Assembly: GCF_032191835.1 (NCBI RefSeq)
Contig: NC_083236.1
Coordinates: 70,680,001 to 70,744,000 of the forward strand
Origin: Heteronotia binoei
Taxonomy: Eukaryota
DNA: 64,000 bases
Reading direction: 5' to 3'
Shown here: one piece after another, positions 53,330 through 64,000 of the stretch
How positions within the stretch are numbered: the stretch's first letter is position 1
How the letters are laid out: the number at the start of each line of letters is the position of its first letter
Program-made: the position numbers and the translations under genes
Notes under the pieces: model-generated
The model's input: the letters and a program-made list of their open reading frames with translations, nothing else
What the model was told of the DNA's origin: nothing
The model's database searches: none

Positions 53330-53850
53330 GGGCTTCTCCCTACAGAAGAGGCCAGCGGAGGGCCGGCACCGGCGGAACCTCCTGCCACAGGACCCCTGCG
53401 GCCACTTCAGCCCCGCCTCCCAGAGCAGAGCGGCGCGGCGCCCCTGGCAACCGAGGAGGGGGGGGGAGAGAGCGAGAGACGCACCTGGGGCACGTGACCG
53501 GCCGCTGACGTCACACTCGCCTTCAAGGGGGGCGCCTCGCCGGAGCCCGGCCGCTCCGCCGCCAGCCCCTGGCTCTCCTCTCCGTCTCGCCTCCGCTCGG
53601 CCGCCGTCACTTCCGGTCCCACTTGGCTCCGCCCCCGAGTGCTACGTCACGCGCCCGGGCATTAACCCGTTCCGCGCCACCTCTCTCCATGGGATCCCGG
53701 AGGCGCCTCACGGAGCATGCGCGGCTCGGAGGAGTCGCCTGGGCGGGAAGTTGGCGTGCGCACGTGCAGGCGGCAGGCTGGAAGCCCCGCCCCCGAAAGA
53801 GCGTTGCCAACCTCCCGGTGGGGCTTGCAGATCTCCTAGCGGAGATGAGT
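53330..53850. promoter_or_regulatory. CpG island containing the likely non-coding first exon/promoter of SPATA2L, divergent to the SDR-like gene
   Basis: Minus-strand donor CAG|GTGCGT at 53485/53484; E-box CACGTGAC 53491-53498; CRE TGACGTCA 53506-53513; ETS ACTTCCGG 53609-53616; GC boxes. Confidence 0.7.
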
Positions 53851-53900
53851 TCCCCTGGAGAAAGGGCCCGCATAGGTGGGTGGGTTCTAAGGGCTGTGGT

Positions 53901-54375
53901 TAGGGTTGCCAATCCCCAGGTGGGGGCAGGGTTTGGAGGCCCTCCCCCCGCTTCAGGGTCATCAGAAGGCAATGGTGGGGAGGAAAATGCCTGCTACACA
54001 CTCCATTATTCCCTATGGAGACTGATCCCCGTAGTAGGGTACAATGGAGAATTCATCCGTGAGTATCTGGGGCTCCATTGGGCTGTTTTTGAGGTAGAGG
54101 CACTACACTTACAGCATGGCATCCGGTGCCTCTCCTCAAAACACTCTCCAAGTTTCAAAAAGATTGGCCCAGGGGGTCCAAATCTATGAGCCCCCAAAGA
54201 AGGTGCCCCTATCCTCCATGATTTCCAATGGAGGGAAGGCATTTAAAAGGTGTGCTGTCCCTTTAATGTGATGGCCTGAACTCCCTTTGGAGTTCAGTTA
54301 TGTTCATCGCAACCTTGCTTCTGGATCCACCCCCAAAGTCCCCAGATAGTTTTTGAATTGGACTTGGCAACCCTA
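53901..54375 (+). mobile_element. hAT MITE (TAGGGTTGCCA family), full length
   Basis: TIRs TAGGGTTGCCAA / TTGGCAACCCTA; perfect TSD GCTGTGGT (53893-53900, 54376-54383). Confidence 0.92.
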
Positions 54376-55262
54376 GCTGTGGTCCTTCCTTCATCCCTGC
54401 TCCCTAGATCTCCGACGTTTCCCATCCAGGGGATGGCAGCCATATTTCCCAAGGAGCATTTTTACCCAGAAATAAAGCATTTCATGCACAACTGCTGGTT
54501 GTGGGGAGGGAGAAACATTCCTGCACACCTTGAGCACAAGCTGCCAGATCTTCCACAGGGACCAGGTGCTGGGGGGGGTGCGATCCCCCATCACCTCCTC
54601 AAAGCTGGACCCTCCTGAGCATGCTGGACCCAATCCTGCCACATCTGTCTGTGGCTTGTAAGACGACACTGTTTCAGGGAGCATTTAACTGCAATGCTGA
54701 CCACCGGCACCAAGACGCTAGATCCAATGGATGCTTAAGATCATTAAATACCATCTTAAATCTGTATTTAAACTAGCACCAAATTATTTTTAAACTGTTT
54801 AATGCTTTTAATGTAAATGTTTTTTATTGTAAGTAATGTATTGTGGGCTGCCCTGAGCCTGCTTTGGCAGGGAGGGCGGGATATAAATCCAAATACATAA
54901 ATAGAGAAGCTCCTTTTGAGCTATTCTGACAAAAGATGTACTGCGGCCCTCTGCAAGCCCTGCGGTCATTTCATTTCGCCCAGAGAAGCGGAGCTGACAG
55001 CAAAGGAAAGAGCAGCCTGCCCTCCTGCCTTTGTGTCTGCCACTCTCTGGGGGACCAACACAGCATCCGTCTGCCCAAGTCCTGAGGCCAGCAGAAGGGG
55101 AGAGGGGAGGGCAGGGGAAGGGTGGTGGGTGTGCCTTGGAGGTGGAGCTCTCAGAGGCTTGCCCTGTTTCTTCTCCTGCCTGGGATCTGCTGCCCCACTT
55201 TCCAACAGTGGCCCTCTCCTGAGCAGAGGGATCTCTCGCTCGTTCTCTCTCTGCTTTCTGGG

Positions 55263-58200
55263 ATGTCTGTATCTGAGCGGGTGGCGGTGGTGCTGGGGGG
55301 AGCTGGCACAGTGGGCTCGGGGATTGTCAAGTCGCTGCTGGAGAAAGGTAAGGACCATTTTGTCAAAACGCTTCTCTCCAGACAGGGCTTGGTCTGGTGA
55401 AGAGTGTGTGGATGCAGGTGCAAAAGATGTGCAAACACTTCCTGTGTTCATCACAGGCCCCACCTGTCTCGCACCAGCTGGCTTTCTTTGTCATCCTGCA
55501 GTCGGCCAGCTGTTTCTGCAAAAAGGTGCTGGAGCTTGGCAGCTCTGAGCCTCTGACCTCAGATGATTGTGTGTTTCCATGTGTTGGAGGACTCACTGTG
55601 GCCAGTGTATGGGCACATTCCTAGAGGCATTCTGCTCTGTTCCAACTCCCTCCCCCCACCCCACCCCCAGAAAAAGCTGGTCTTGATCCTCTACCCATCT
55701 TTACAGGCTTCCAGGTTGCCGTTATCTCCCGGGATGGAGAGAGACTGGAGAAACTCAAACAGTTCTTGTCGCCATCACTCCAGAACCGCTTGCACACCCT
55801 CGTGGGGGATGTGGGTAAGGGCTTGTGCCATTGCTGCTAGGTGGGCAGTGGCAGGCAGGCAGCTTTGTCTGTGGTAAAGAGAGCCCCCTGGCTCACAAGC
55901 ACATTTGGGGGGGAGGGATTGGGGAGGCAGGCATGGGTGGGCTGGGCACCAGCAGGGCACTCAGCCAGCCTGTTGCCCACCCATGCCTGCTTCCCATTCC
56001 ATGTTGTGGTTTGGAGTTGGCCGCCGGAGGGGGCGTTGTGGGCGGGTAAACACAAAACTGGAGGGCACTTCCTAATTGGGATTTCCAAGCAGTTCCCCTT
56101 GAAATCCAGGCAGTTTTGTAAAGAAGATTATGCCCCATTGTTGCAAAGTACAGTGTATCAAATGGCCACTCCCCCTTTTCAGTAGCACCTAATAATTTAG
56201 ATGTCTAAATACAATATCATGAAGATAAGTGTGAATGCAAAAACAACTATTGAATTGGGAGAAATCTTTTAATTTTCTTGAATTTCAGATAAGTCCAGTG
56301 AACACCTTCCTAGCCAGAGCAGGTTTCAGGTTGTGCCCTCCTCTTTATCAGACTTCAAGCCCTGAGGGCTCCATGGAGGAAAGCAGATTCATGGGGGCAG
56401 GAGCTGCTTCTAAACAGAGGCTAGACGGCCATCTGACAGCAATGAGGATCCTGTGAATTTAGGGGGAGGTGTTTGTGAGTTTCCTGCATTGTGTAGGGGG
56501 TTGAACTAGATGACCCTGGAGGTCCCTTCCAACTCTATTATTCTTGTCTAGAGCCCCTCAGCCAATGGGCTGATGTGGGAATCGTGTCCCCAGAGCAGAT
56601 ATACGTGCCCTCCCGTGGATGTAGAAAGGGGGAAATTTGTCTCAAAGATGAACTGGCACTGTTTCTGCCCAAATCTCTGCTGTTCCTCCCTCTCCGTGGG
56701 AGATGCGGGTGAAGGCAGTGGAATGTCTTCCCTCCAGGTTCTGAAGAGGGAGCCGAAGCAGCCAGAGAGGTGATCCTGAAGACCCTGGGGAAGGTGACAG
56801 ATGTGGTGTCCTGCCTGGGCTTCAGCTGGTGGCAAGAGGGGCCACCCCACACCCAGTCACTGGAGGAACTGCAGCGGGTGAGAAGGGGGCAAGGCGAGGG
56901 GGGGTGCTGCTCATCCTCAGGCAGAGGGGGTCAGTGGGGAGGGCTGAGCCTCGGAGCTAAGAATCTCTGGTCCACATTCTGTCCTGCAAAGCTGGTGGGG
57001 GGCAGGGGCTGCCCATCTGCAGGGCTGGCATTTCCTGGAGGAGGAGTCAGAGCTCTGCCTCAGAGATGCTTCCACCTGGGGAGCACTTACACCCCACACC
57101 TGGCTCCCCCCTCCCCACAGGTCTTGGACATGCTGCTTTTCAGCACCTTCACTTCCTGGAAGGCTTTCTTCCCCCTAGTCCGGGACAACCCCAGCGGCTC
57201 CTACACCCTCATCACAGGTGAGAAGAAGATGATATTGGATTTATATCCTGCCCTATACTCTGAATCTGAGTCTCAGAGAAGCTTACAGTCTCCTTTATCT
57301 GCTTCCCCCACAACAGACACGCTGTGAGATAGGTGGGGCTGAAAGAGCTCTGACAGAAACTGCCCTTTCAGGGACAGCTCTGCCAGATCTAGGGCTGACC
57401 CAAGGTCATTCCAGCAGCTGCAAGTGGGGGAGTGGGGAATCAAACCCCGTTCTCCCAGATAAGAGAGCTCTGGCTGACCCAAGGCCATTCCAGCAGGTGC
57501 AAGTGGAGGAGTGGGGAATCACACCTGGTTCTCCCAGATAAGAGAGCTCTGGCTGACCCAAGGCCATCCCAGCAGCTGCAAGTGGAGGAGGGGGGAATCA
57601 AACCCAGTTCTCCCAGATAAGAGAGCTCTGGCTGACCCAAGGCCATTCCAGCAGCTGCAAGTGGAGGAGTGGGGAATCAAACCCCGTTCTCCCAGATAAG
57701 AGAACTCTGGCTGACCCAAGGCCATTCCAGCAGCTGCAAGTGGAGGAGTGGGGAATCAAACCCCATTCTCCCAGATAAGAATCTGCGCACTGAACCACTA
57801 CACCAAACTGGCTCATCTCACCAAATAGACATGTTCAGAGATGCTCATCGCTTTCCACACGCAGGAACTAAATTGGTGTGTTCTGTCACTGCATGCCTGG
57901 ACACATGAGCAGGGAAGTGCCACTCCGCAGCTGGAACGGAGAGGGCAGCTGCAAGCCCTGTGCCCTCGGGCTGGGGCGGAGCACGTTGATGGCACGGACT
58001 GAATGGCATGCTATCGAGTGACAAAGGGGAGAGGATCCATCTCCCACTCGCTCATCACTGTGCCCTCTTTCCAAAAAGTAACAGTTGGGCACTGAGCCTG
58101 CCTCGGCAGGGAGGGCGGGGAATAAATAAAAATTTATTATTATTATTATCTCCATTCCAGGAGGGGCTGGGGAGCGTCTCCTGCTGCCAGGCACTGGTTT

Positions 58201-59634
58201 CCTGACCCTGGGGGCAGCAGGGGCTCTGGCCTTCTGCCGGGTGCTGCGCGAGGAGTACCCAGAGATTCCCTGCAAACTGAATGAGGTCAGTGGTGAGCCT
58301 GAGTCGGCCTTGAGGGGTTGGGTGGGTTTCCTTTCCTGGTCTTTTCAATGTTTGCAGGATGCTTCAGGTGTCTTCGTCCTGCTAGAAACGACAAAAGGCA
58401 TGGGGGGGGGGCGGTCCCCAGCCAGACTCAGTTAAGGCTGCTGCATCCAAGGAGCTCATGATGTGCTGAGTGCTCTCAAATTCAGCCTCCCCCCACCATG
58501 ACTGTTGAAGACACAGGAAGGAAGCTGACTTCTACGGAATCTTGGCCCATCCAAGTCAGCTTTGTCTACTCAGACTGGCAGCAGCTCTCCAGGGTTTCAG
58601 GCAGAGAGAGGTCTTTCCCATCACCACCTAGCTTAGGGGTGTCGAACGCATTTGTTATGAGGGCCGAAATTGATATAAATGAGACCTTGCCGGGCCAGGC
58701 CATATGCATACCTATTCAAGATTAGGTAGCAGAGATATAAACTTTATAACGGACACAAACAAACACAATTAAATGTTTTTTTAAAAAAAAAATTAAAACA
58801 TGCTTAAAACATTAGCACTCGTTGGTCTTAAAGATGCTTTCTTTGTATTTCTCCCATGGGATCCGGGGAACTGGGCAAAGGAAGCTCTGGCTCTTTCCTT
58901 CCCTCCCCAGGGGACCTGGAAGGGGAGGAGCCTCAGCCAATAGAAGGAAGAGAGGCTTGGCTCAGTAGTCTACTGGGCAATTGAGCAAGCTTTGCAAAGC
59001 AAGCAGCAATGCAGAATGAAGCAAGAGAGAGGGAGAAGGAAGCAGATAAGAGTCAGTTGCTCGGGGGCCTGATTCAGGCCCCGGGCTGGTCCTTTTTAAC
59101 TGGAGCAGATAAGAGTCAGTTGCTCAGGGGCCTGATTCAGGCCCTGGGCTGGTCCTTTTTAACTGGAGCGTTTGCCGAGGATTGAACCCAGGACTTTTGC
59201 ATGCCAAGGAGAGGCTGTTCCCCTGAGTCACAGCTGCTTCCTCTGAGGAAATTTGCTGGGGGAGGCAAATGTCATTTCAGCCCCCCCCCCCCCCCGGGGG
59301 GACTGAAGGTTTTTCTGGCTTTAAGAAAACAGCCGCTCTAATATACAGTGGGTTGGTCCCACTAAGCCGCAGCTACAAGAAGGATGGGGGGTTTGCAGGT
59401 CTCAGAGTCTCTCCGGCCCAGTTGGCATCCCCCCTCCTTTGTGTGCCCCTGCAGGTGAAGATTAACATGGGGGTGACAACACCAGAGCGCCTGGGCCGCC
59501 CGGGCTACGTGAGCCACCTGGAGGTGGGCGAGGCAGTGGCCTCCCTGGTGGAGAAGAGGCGCGTCTCCCATGCGGTGTTGACTGCTGGCTCACCTGCCGA
59601 CCTCAGGACCCTCACCATGGAAGGGCAACTGTGA
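55263..59634 (+). CDS. Uncharacterised atypical SDR/Rossmann-fold protein, 244 aa
   Basis: Six GT-AG exons 55263-55347, 55707-55814, 56738-56877, 57121-57217, 58161-58285, 59455-59634 (735 nt) splice with consistent phases and no stops. N-terminal VAVVLGGAGTVGSGIVKSL dinucleotide-binding motif, LVGDVG, DVVSCLG, SYTLITGGAG. Candidate AATAAA at 60930-60935. Confidence 0.88.
57223..57812 (-). repeat. tRNA-SINE containing a 5x79-bp internal tandem array (SDR intron 4)
   Basis: Units start 57385, 57464, 57543, 57622, 57701. Confidence 0.9.
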
Positions 59635-60211
59635 GGAGGCATCACTCCCCCTCACCCAGAGGGCTCTGCAGCAGCACCCACCCCTCCTGACCCTCCTGCT
59701 GATCCTCCCTCAGACCTTGGGGCTGGGCCAAGTTGGGGCTGTCTGGTTCTCTGCCCTCGAGGGTCCCTTCTCCCCAGCTGTAGCACCGAGGCAGGGACTC
59801 ACAGTCGGAAAGGTGCATGAACAACTCAGGAAAACGAGCAAGAGACACGACTTCAGTTTGGAGCAAGGACAGGCTAGAGTGGGAGGGGGGAGAGAGCTGG
59901 GACAGTCTGATCGCCCCTTCCTCATTCCCCTCAGGGATTCATTGCCCCCAATCCCCCACCCTGTTTACAGGGCTAGCTAGTGATGTTGTATCCAGGTTGC
60001 CCCAGGAGCTGTAAAAAGAAGCGCAGCGTTCAGCTTGCTTGCTTTCCCAGTAGTTAGGGGGAAGAAGAAAGGCCAGGCAAGATGCCAGAGAACCCACACA
60101 GCTGGCACAAATAGCTCTGTTCCTAGCAGCAACGGTGAGAAAGGAGCCCCCCCCCCACTTTACTCCAGAAAAGGAGTGTGGTTGGTTTTCTTTCTGTTGA
60201 AGTTGTCATAT

Positions 60212-60648
60212 AATGAACCTCTGAAGCTGCCTTCTACTGAATCAGACCCTGGGTCCATCAAAGTCAGCATTGTCTACTCAGACTGGCAGCGGCTCTCCAG
60301 GGTCTCAAGCTGAGGTTATTCACACCTATTTGCCTGGACCCTTTTTAGTTGGAGATGCCGGGGATTGAACCTGGGACCTTCTGCTTACCAAGCAGATGAT
60401 CTACCACTGAGCCACCATCCCTCCCCAAATATGAACATAAGAAGCCGCCTTCTACTGAATCAGACCCCCCTGGGTCCATCAAAGTCAGTATTGTCTACTC
60501 AGACAGGCAGCAGCTCTCCAGGGTCTTCAGCTGAGGTTTTTCATGCCTACTTGCCTGGACCCTTTTGAATTGGAGATGCCGGGGATTGAACCTGGGACCT
60601 TCTGCTTCCCAAGCAGATAATCAACCACTGAGCCACCGTCCCTCCCCA
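60212..60648 (-). mobile_element. Tandem dimer of the tRNA-SINE with CR1-like tail
   Basis: Two consecutive copies; reverse complement of the 2022-2460 family. Confidence 0.78.
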
Positions 60649-62271
60649 AATGTCAGTAATGACCAGCCAGACAAAGCTGCATTTCAATGAGGCCCCTCTC
60701 CAGCCGGTCTTCACTTGCACCTCGGGTGGATCCATGCCTTTCTGTATTGCCCTAGCCCCGAGCAATGCACTGTACTCCCAGGCCTCCCCCGGACACCCCC
60801 TCCCCCCCAGTCTTTCTCTGTTCCAGGGCTGTGGCAGGTGGCCCCTCAAGCGTGGAAGGGGCAGGATCTCTTGAGAGTCCTGGTGTAGCACCTCTTCCGT
60901 TCCCCTGGTCATGTTATTCTGCACCAGTTAATAAACGTTTCCTGCTATTTCATGGACCCTGCCTACTCTCTCTTGTGGGTTTTTGCAGAGCTGGGTGGAC
61001 ACTGCTTGCGGGGGGTGGGGGAACATCTGCAGGTGGCATTTCGGGGCAAGGGGGGGAGTGTTGGCAAAGAGGAACATCTTTGTAAGCATTTAACAGCTTT
61101 AAAAGATATTGGGTTTATATCCTGCCCTATACTCAGAATCTCAGAGCAGTCACAATCTCCTTTATTTCCTTCCCCCACAACAGAAACCCTGTGAGGTGAG
61201 TGTGGCTGCCCTTTCAAGGATAGAGTCTCGGAGCAGCCTACAATCTCCTTTCCCTTCCTCCCCCGCAACAGACACCCTGTGAGGTGGGTAGGGCAGAGAG
61301 CTCTGACAGAAGCTGCCCTTTCAAGGACAACACCTACGAGAGCTATGGCTGACCCAAGGCCATTCCAACAGCTGCAGGTGGAGGAGTGGGGAATCAAATC
61401 TGATTCTCCCAGATAAGAGCCTGTGCACTTAACCACTACACCAAACGGGCTCTTACCCAGACTTGGCACTGCAGCAGTTTACATGCACGCGTCCAGCAAC
61501 AGTTGTCCAAAGAAGTGGCTGCAGAGACTGACAAAAAGCTCCTCTCCTGCCGCCACCAATTTCCAGAGTCTTGAAGGCGCTCCTGGGTTCTGGCTCTTTT
61601 TCCACCGCTTCAGACAAAGACGGCTGCCTACCTTGATTGATCTACAGCAACCCATCTCAGTCACTCTGGGGGCAGTCAGAGAAATACAGGAGGTCTGGAG
61701 ACTGTTCTCATCCAGGCTCCCTGGCGTGCTTAATCCTTGCCCCCCCCCCCGCCCAGAAAGTACGTGCCTTTGGGCAGGGAAGGGAAGAGTGTGAGAATGA
61801 GAAGCATCCCAGCTCTGGAGCCAGTGGCCCAGACAGGAGGGTAAGTGGCAGCGTGGGGAGGGGCGGAAGAAACACAGGAGGCAGATTCTTCTTCAGGAAT
61901 TTCCTCTTTAGAACACTGCCATGATTCATGCACCCGGAGGCATTTGGAGCCTACTGGGTCACTCAGCAAAGGCAATCTCCAGTACGGGGGAGTGGTCAGG
62001 CTGCCAGACCCTCTGGCCCTGGAAGCTCATTGGTTGACTCTGGGCCAGTTGCATCCTTCAGCCTCACCTACCTCAAAGGGTCGTTGTTTGAGATAAAACA
62101 GAGGGAGAACACTGCAAACCACTTTAGGGGCATTCTACCGGGGGGGGGGGGGAGCGGAGGGCCCAAATTAAATAAACATCACAGTTCTTGTTTTTCAAGA
62201 TGCCGCTGTTGTTAGTTAATTGCAGCTTCTTTCTTGGCTTTTATCTTTTGAAAAACCCTAATTCTAGGAAA

Positions 62272-62571
62272 AGAGCCCTGTGGTGCAGAGTGTTAAAGCT
62301 GCAGTACTGCAGTCCCAAGCTCTGCTCACGACCTGAGTTCAATCCCCGGTGGAAGCTGGGTTTTCAGGTAACCAGCTTGAGGTTGACTCAGCCTTCCATC
62401 CTTCCGAGGTCAGTAAAACAAGTACCTGGCTTGCAAATGGGAAAGTGTAAATGACTGGGGAAGGCAAGGACAAACCACCCCATAAAAAGTCTGCCGTGAA
62501 AACATCGTGATGTGACGTCACACCAGAGTTGGAAGCGACTGGTACATGCACAGGGGACTACTCTTTACCTT
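62272..62571 (+). mobile_element. Sauria-SINE-like element with long TSD
   Basis: TAATTCTAGGAAA duplicated at 62259-62271 and 62572-62584. Confidence 0.85.
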
Positions 62572-64000
62572 TAATTCTAGGAAAGCATTCTTCCAGCTCC
62601 AGACCTTGATTTAACCTGTCCTCTGCTCTTCTTCTTCAGGAATTTCCTCTTTAGAACACTGCCATGATTCATGCACCCGGAGGCCCACAAGCTCTGTTAT
62701 TTCCTTCTCCCCTTTCCCCTTTCCAAGGCCCACAAGCTCTGTTATTTCCTTCTCCCCTTTCCCCTCTTCAGCTCTGCTGCTGGTTCCCTGCCTCCTGTGC
62801 TGTCAATGCCTCCCCCCCCCCCACTAACAGCAGGCCTGGCACGGAACCCAACTTATCCTTAGCTGTACAGGCTGCAAAGTTTCCCCCCAAAAGGTGGGGA
62901 AAGGCCACAGCAGTGGTTGCTGGGAATGCTCCAGGGAGCCACAAAAAGCGAGGGACTCCCAGTGGGCACGTGGGTCACTACCTTCCAGGAATAGTTTCCC
63001 AAAATGCAACGAATCAGCTTTCTTTTAAAGACCAGGCTCCTCAAGCTTATGTTGCCTTAAGAGGAAAAGGGGGCAGCTGGCAGAAAAAGCGCTTCTTCCC
63101 ATCCCAACCCCCCATTCCCACAGAACAGATTCTGGGGCAGGCTGCAGACATGGCCTTTATTATGGACTTGCCTCAAGAGTGAAGAGGATACAGGTCAGGC
63201 AGGGAAGCGTCACAGGGCCGGAGAACACACCGCAGCTGCTGGCTCTTCACCGCTTCCCAGAAGGGGCCAGCAGCAGCTTCTGCTTCCGCTTCCCAGCTCT
63301 CAGCACTGCTGAGTCTGGGCACGTGGAGGACACCCGGTCCTTTCCCCTGCTGTGGCCCAGGCAGGCAGCACAAGGCCTCCCCCCAGAGTCAAGCGGCATT
63401 CCCGCATAACATGGCACGGGGGACTCCAGGTGCCATTTGGCTCAACAGCAATTCCGGGACATTTCCAGCGGCATCGCAAATTCATTCAGTGTGGACAAGG
63501 TCCTTTGCTTTTCAAATGATGCAAATTCTCACTAGGAGCCCTCCTCTCCCAGCCCCGCCCCACAAATCCAGCCACCATCTTCAGTATTTGTTCACAAAAC
63601 AGCGTCTGTAGCCCCCACACAGTTTCAGAGAAGGCGAATGAGCAGAGAACACCACATTCTTCCTTGTGAGTGTCTGTGCATTTTCTCTCTCCTCCACACA
63701 CAGTCCAGAGAGCCACTGCAGTGTGGCAGTTCTGGTGCCAGACACGGCTCTGCGACAGCCCCCTTCAGCTCCCCACACAGCCTAGAAGCTTGGGGGGGGG
63801 GTTACCTGGGGCCAGTCTCAAACACTTCACCTAGTCTACCTCACAGGCTGAGTGGAGAACGGTGGCCTCCACTGGGAAGACAAGGGGGGAACCAATACAG
63901 TAAATAATAAATAAAAGTGTTGCCTTCTGGGCCAGCCGTCTCCCCCCTAGCTCTCGGCTTCCCACAGACAACTCCCAGTGTCAAGTGCAGGGCAGCAGGA

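Noticed and set aside
53244-53903. 219-aa ORF (and 53623-54189, 21998-22570)
   Set aside because: Stop-poor CpG-island/TE sequence, low-complexity Pro/Arg/Ala content, non-ATG starts, no recognisable domain.
63156-64000. 3' end of VPS9D1 on the minus strand
   Set aside because: Expected by synteny, with an AATAAA on the minus strand at 63156-63161 and a possible LLPCT* at the window edge, but no recognisable VPS9-domain coding sequence is inside the window.

Overview
Eukaryotic genomic DNA from a squamate reptile, probably a gecko (inferred from Sauria-SINE-type and other reptile-type repeats). It is syntenic with human 16q24.3. Gene order: 3' half of DPEP1 (+), complete CHMP1A (-), SPATA33 (+; last exon clear, upstream exons unresolved), complete CDK10 (+, 13 exons), complete SPATA2L (-), then an extra six-exon, 244-aa atypical short-chain dehydrogenase/reductase (SDR)-fold gene (+) that has no counterpart in the human SPATA2L-VPS9D1 interval. 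Introns and intergenic DNA are dense with CR1 and L2 LINE fragments, three tRNA-derived SINE families, 5S-derived SINEs, hAT MITEs with readable 8-bp TSDs, Penelope-like remnants and retroelement-derived tandem arrays. No CRISPR array, intact tRNA/rRNA gene or intact transposase/RT is present. Main leads: (1) the uncharacterised SDR-fold gene lacking the catalytic YxxxK; (2) DPEP1 ending in TAG at a conserved Tyr just before the GPI-anchor signal, predicting a secreted enzyme; (3) RFX X-boxes around SPATA33/CDK10, one overlapping the SPATA33 ATG, whose frame is closed by a MITE terminus; (4) hammerhead-like cores and a 750-bp foldback; (5) recurrent 67-bp and 79-bp retroelement-derived arrays. 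Gene names rest on recalled human protein sequences and synteny; no database search was run. Repeat boundaries are approximate unless a TSD is quoted.
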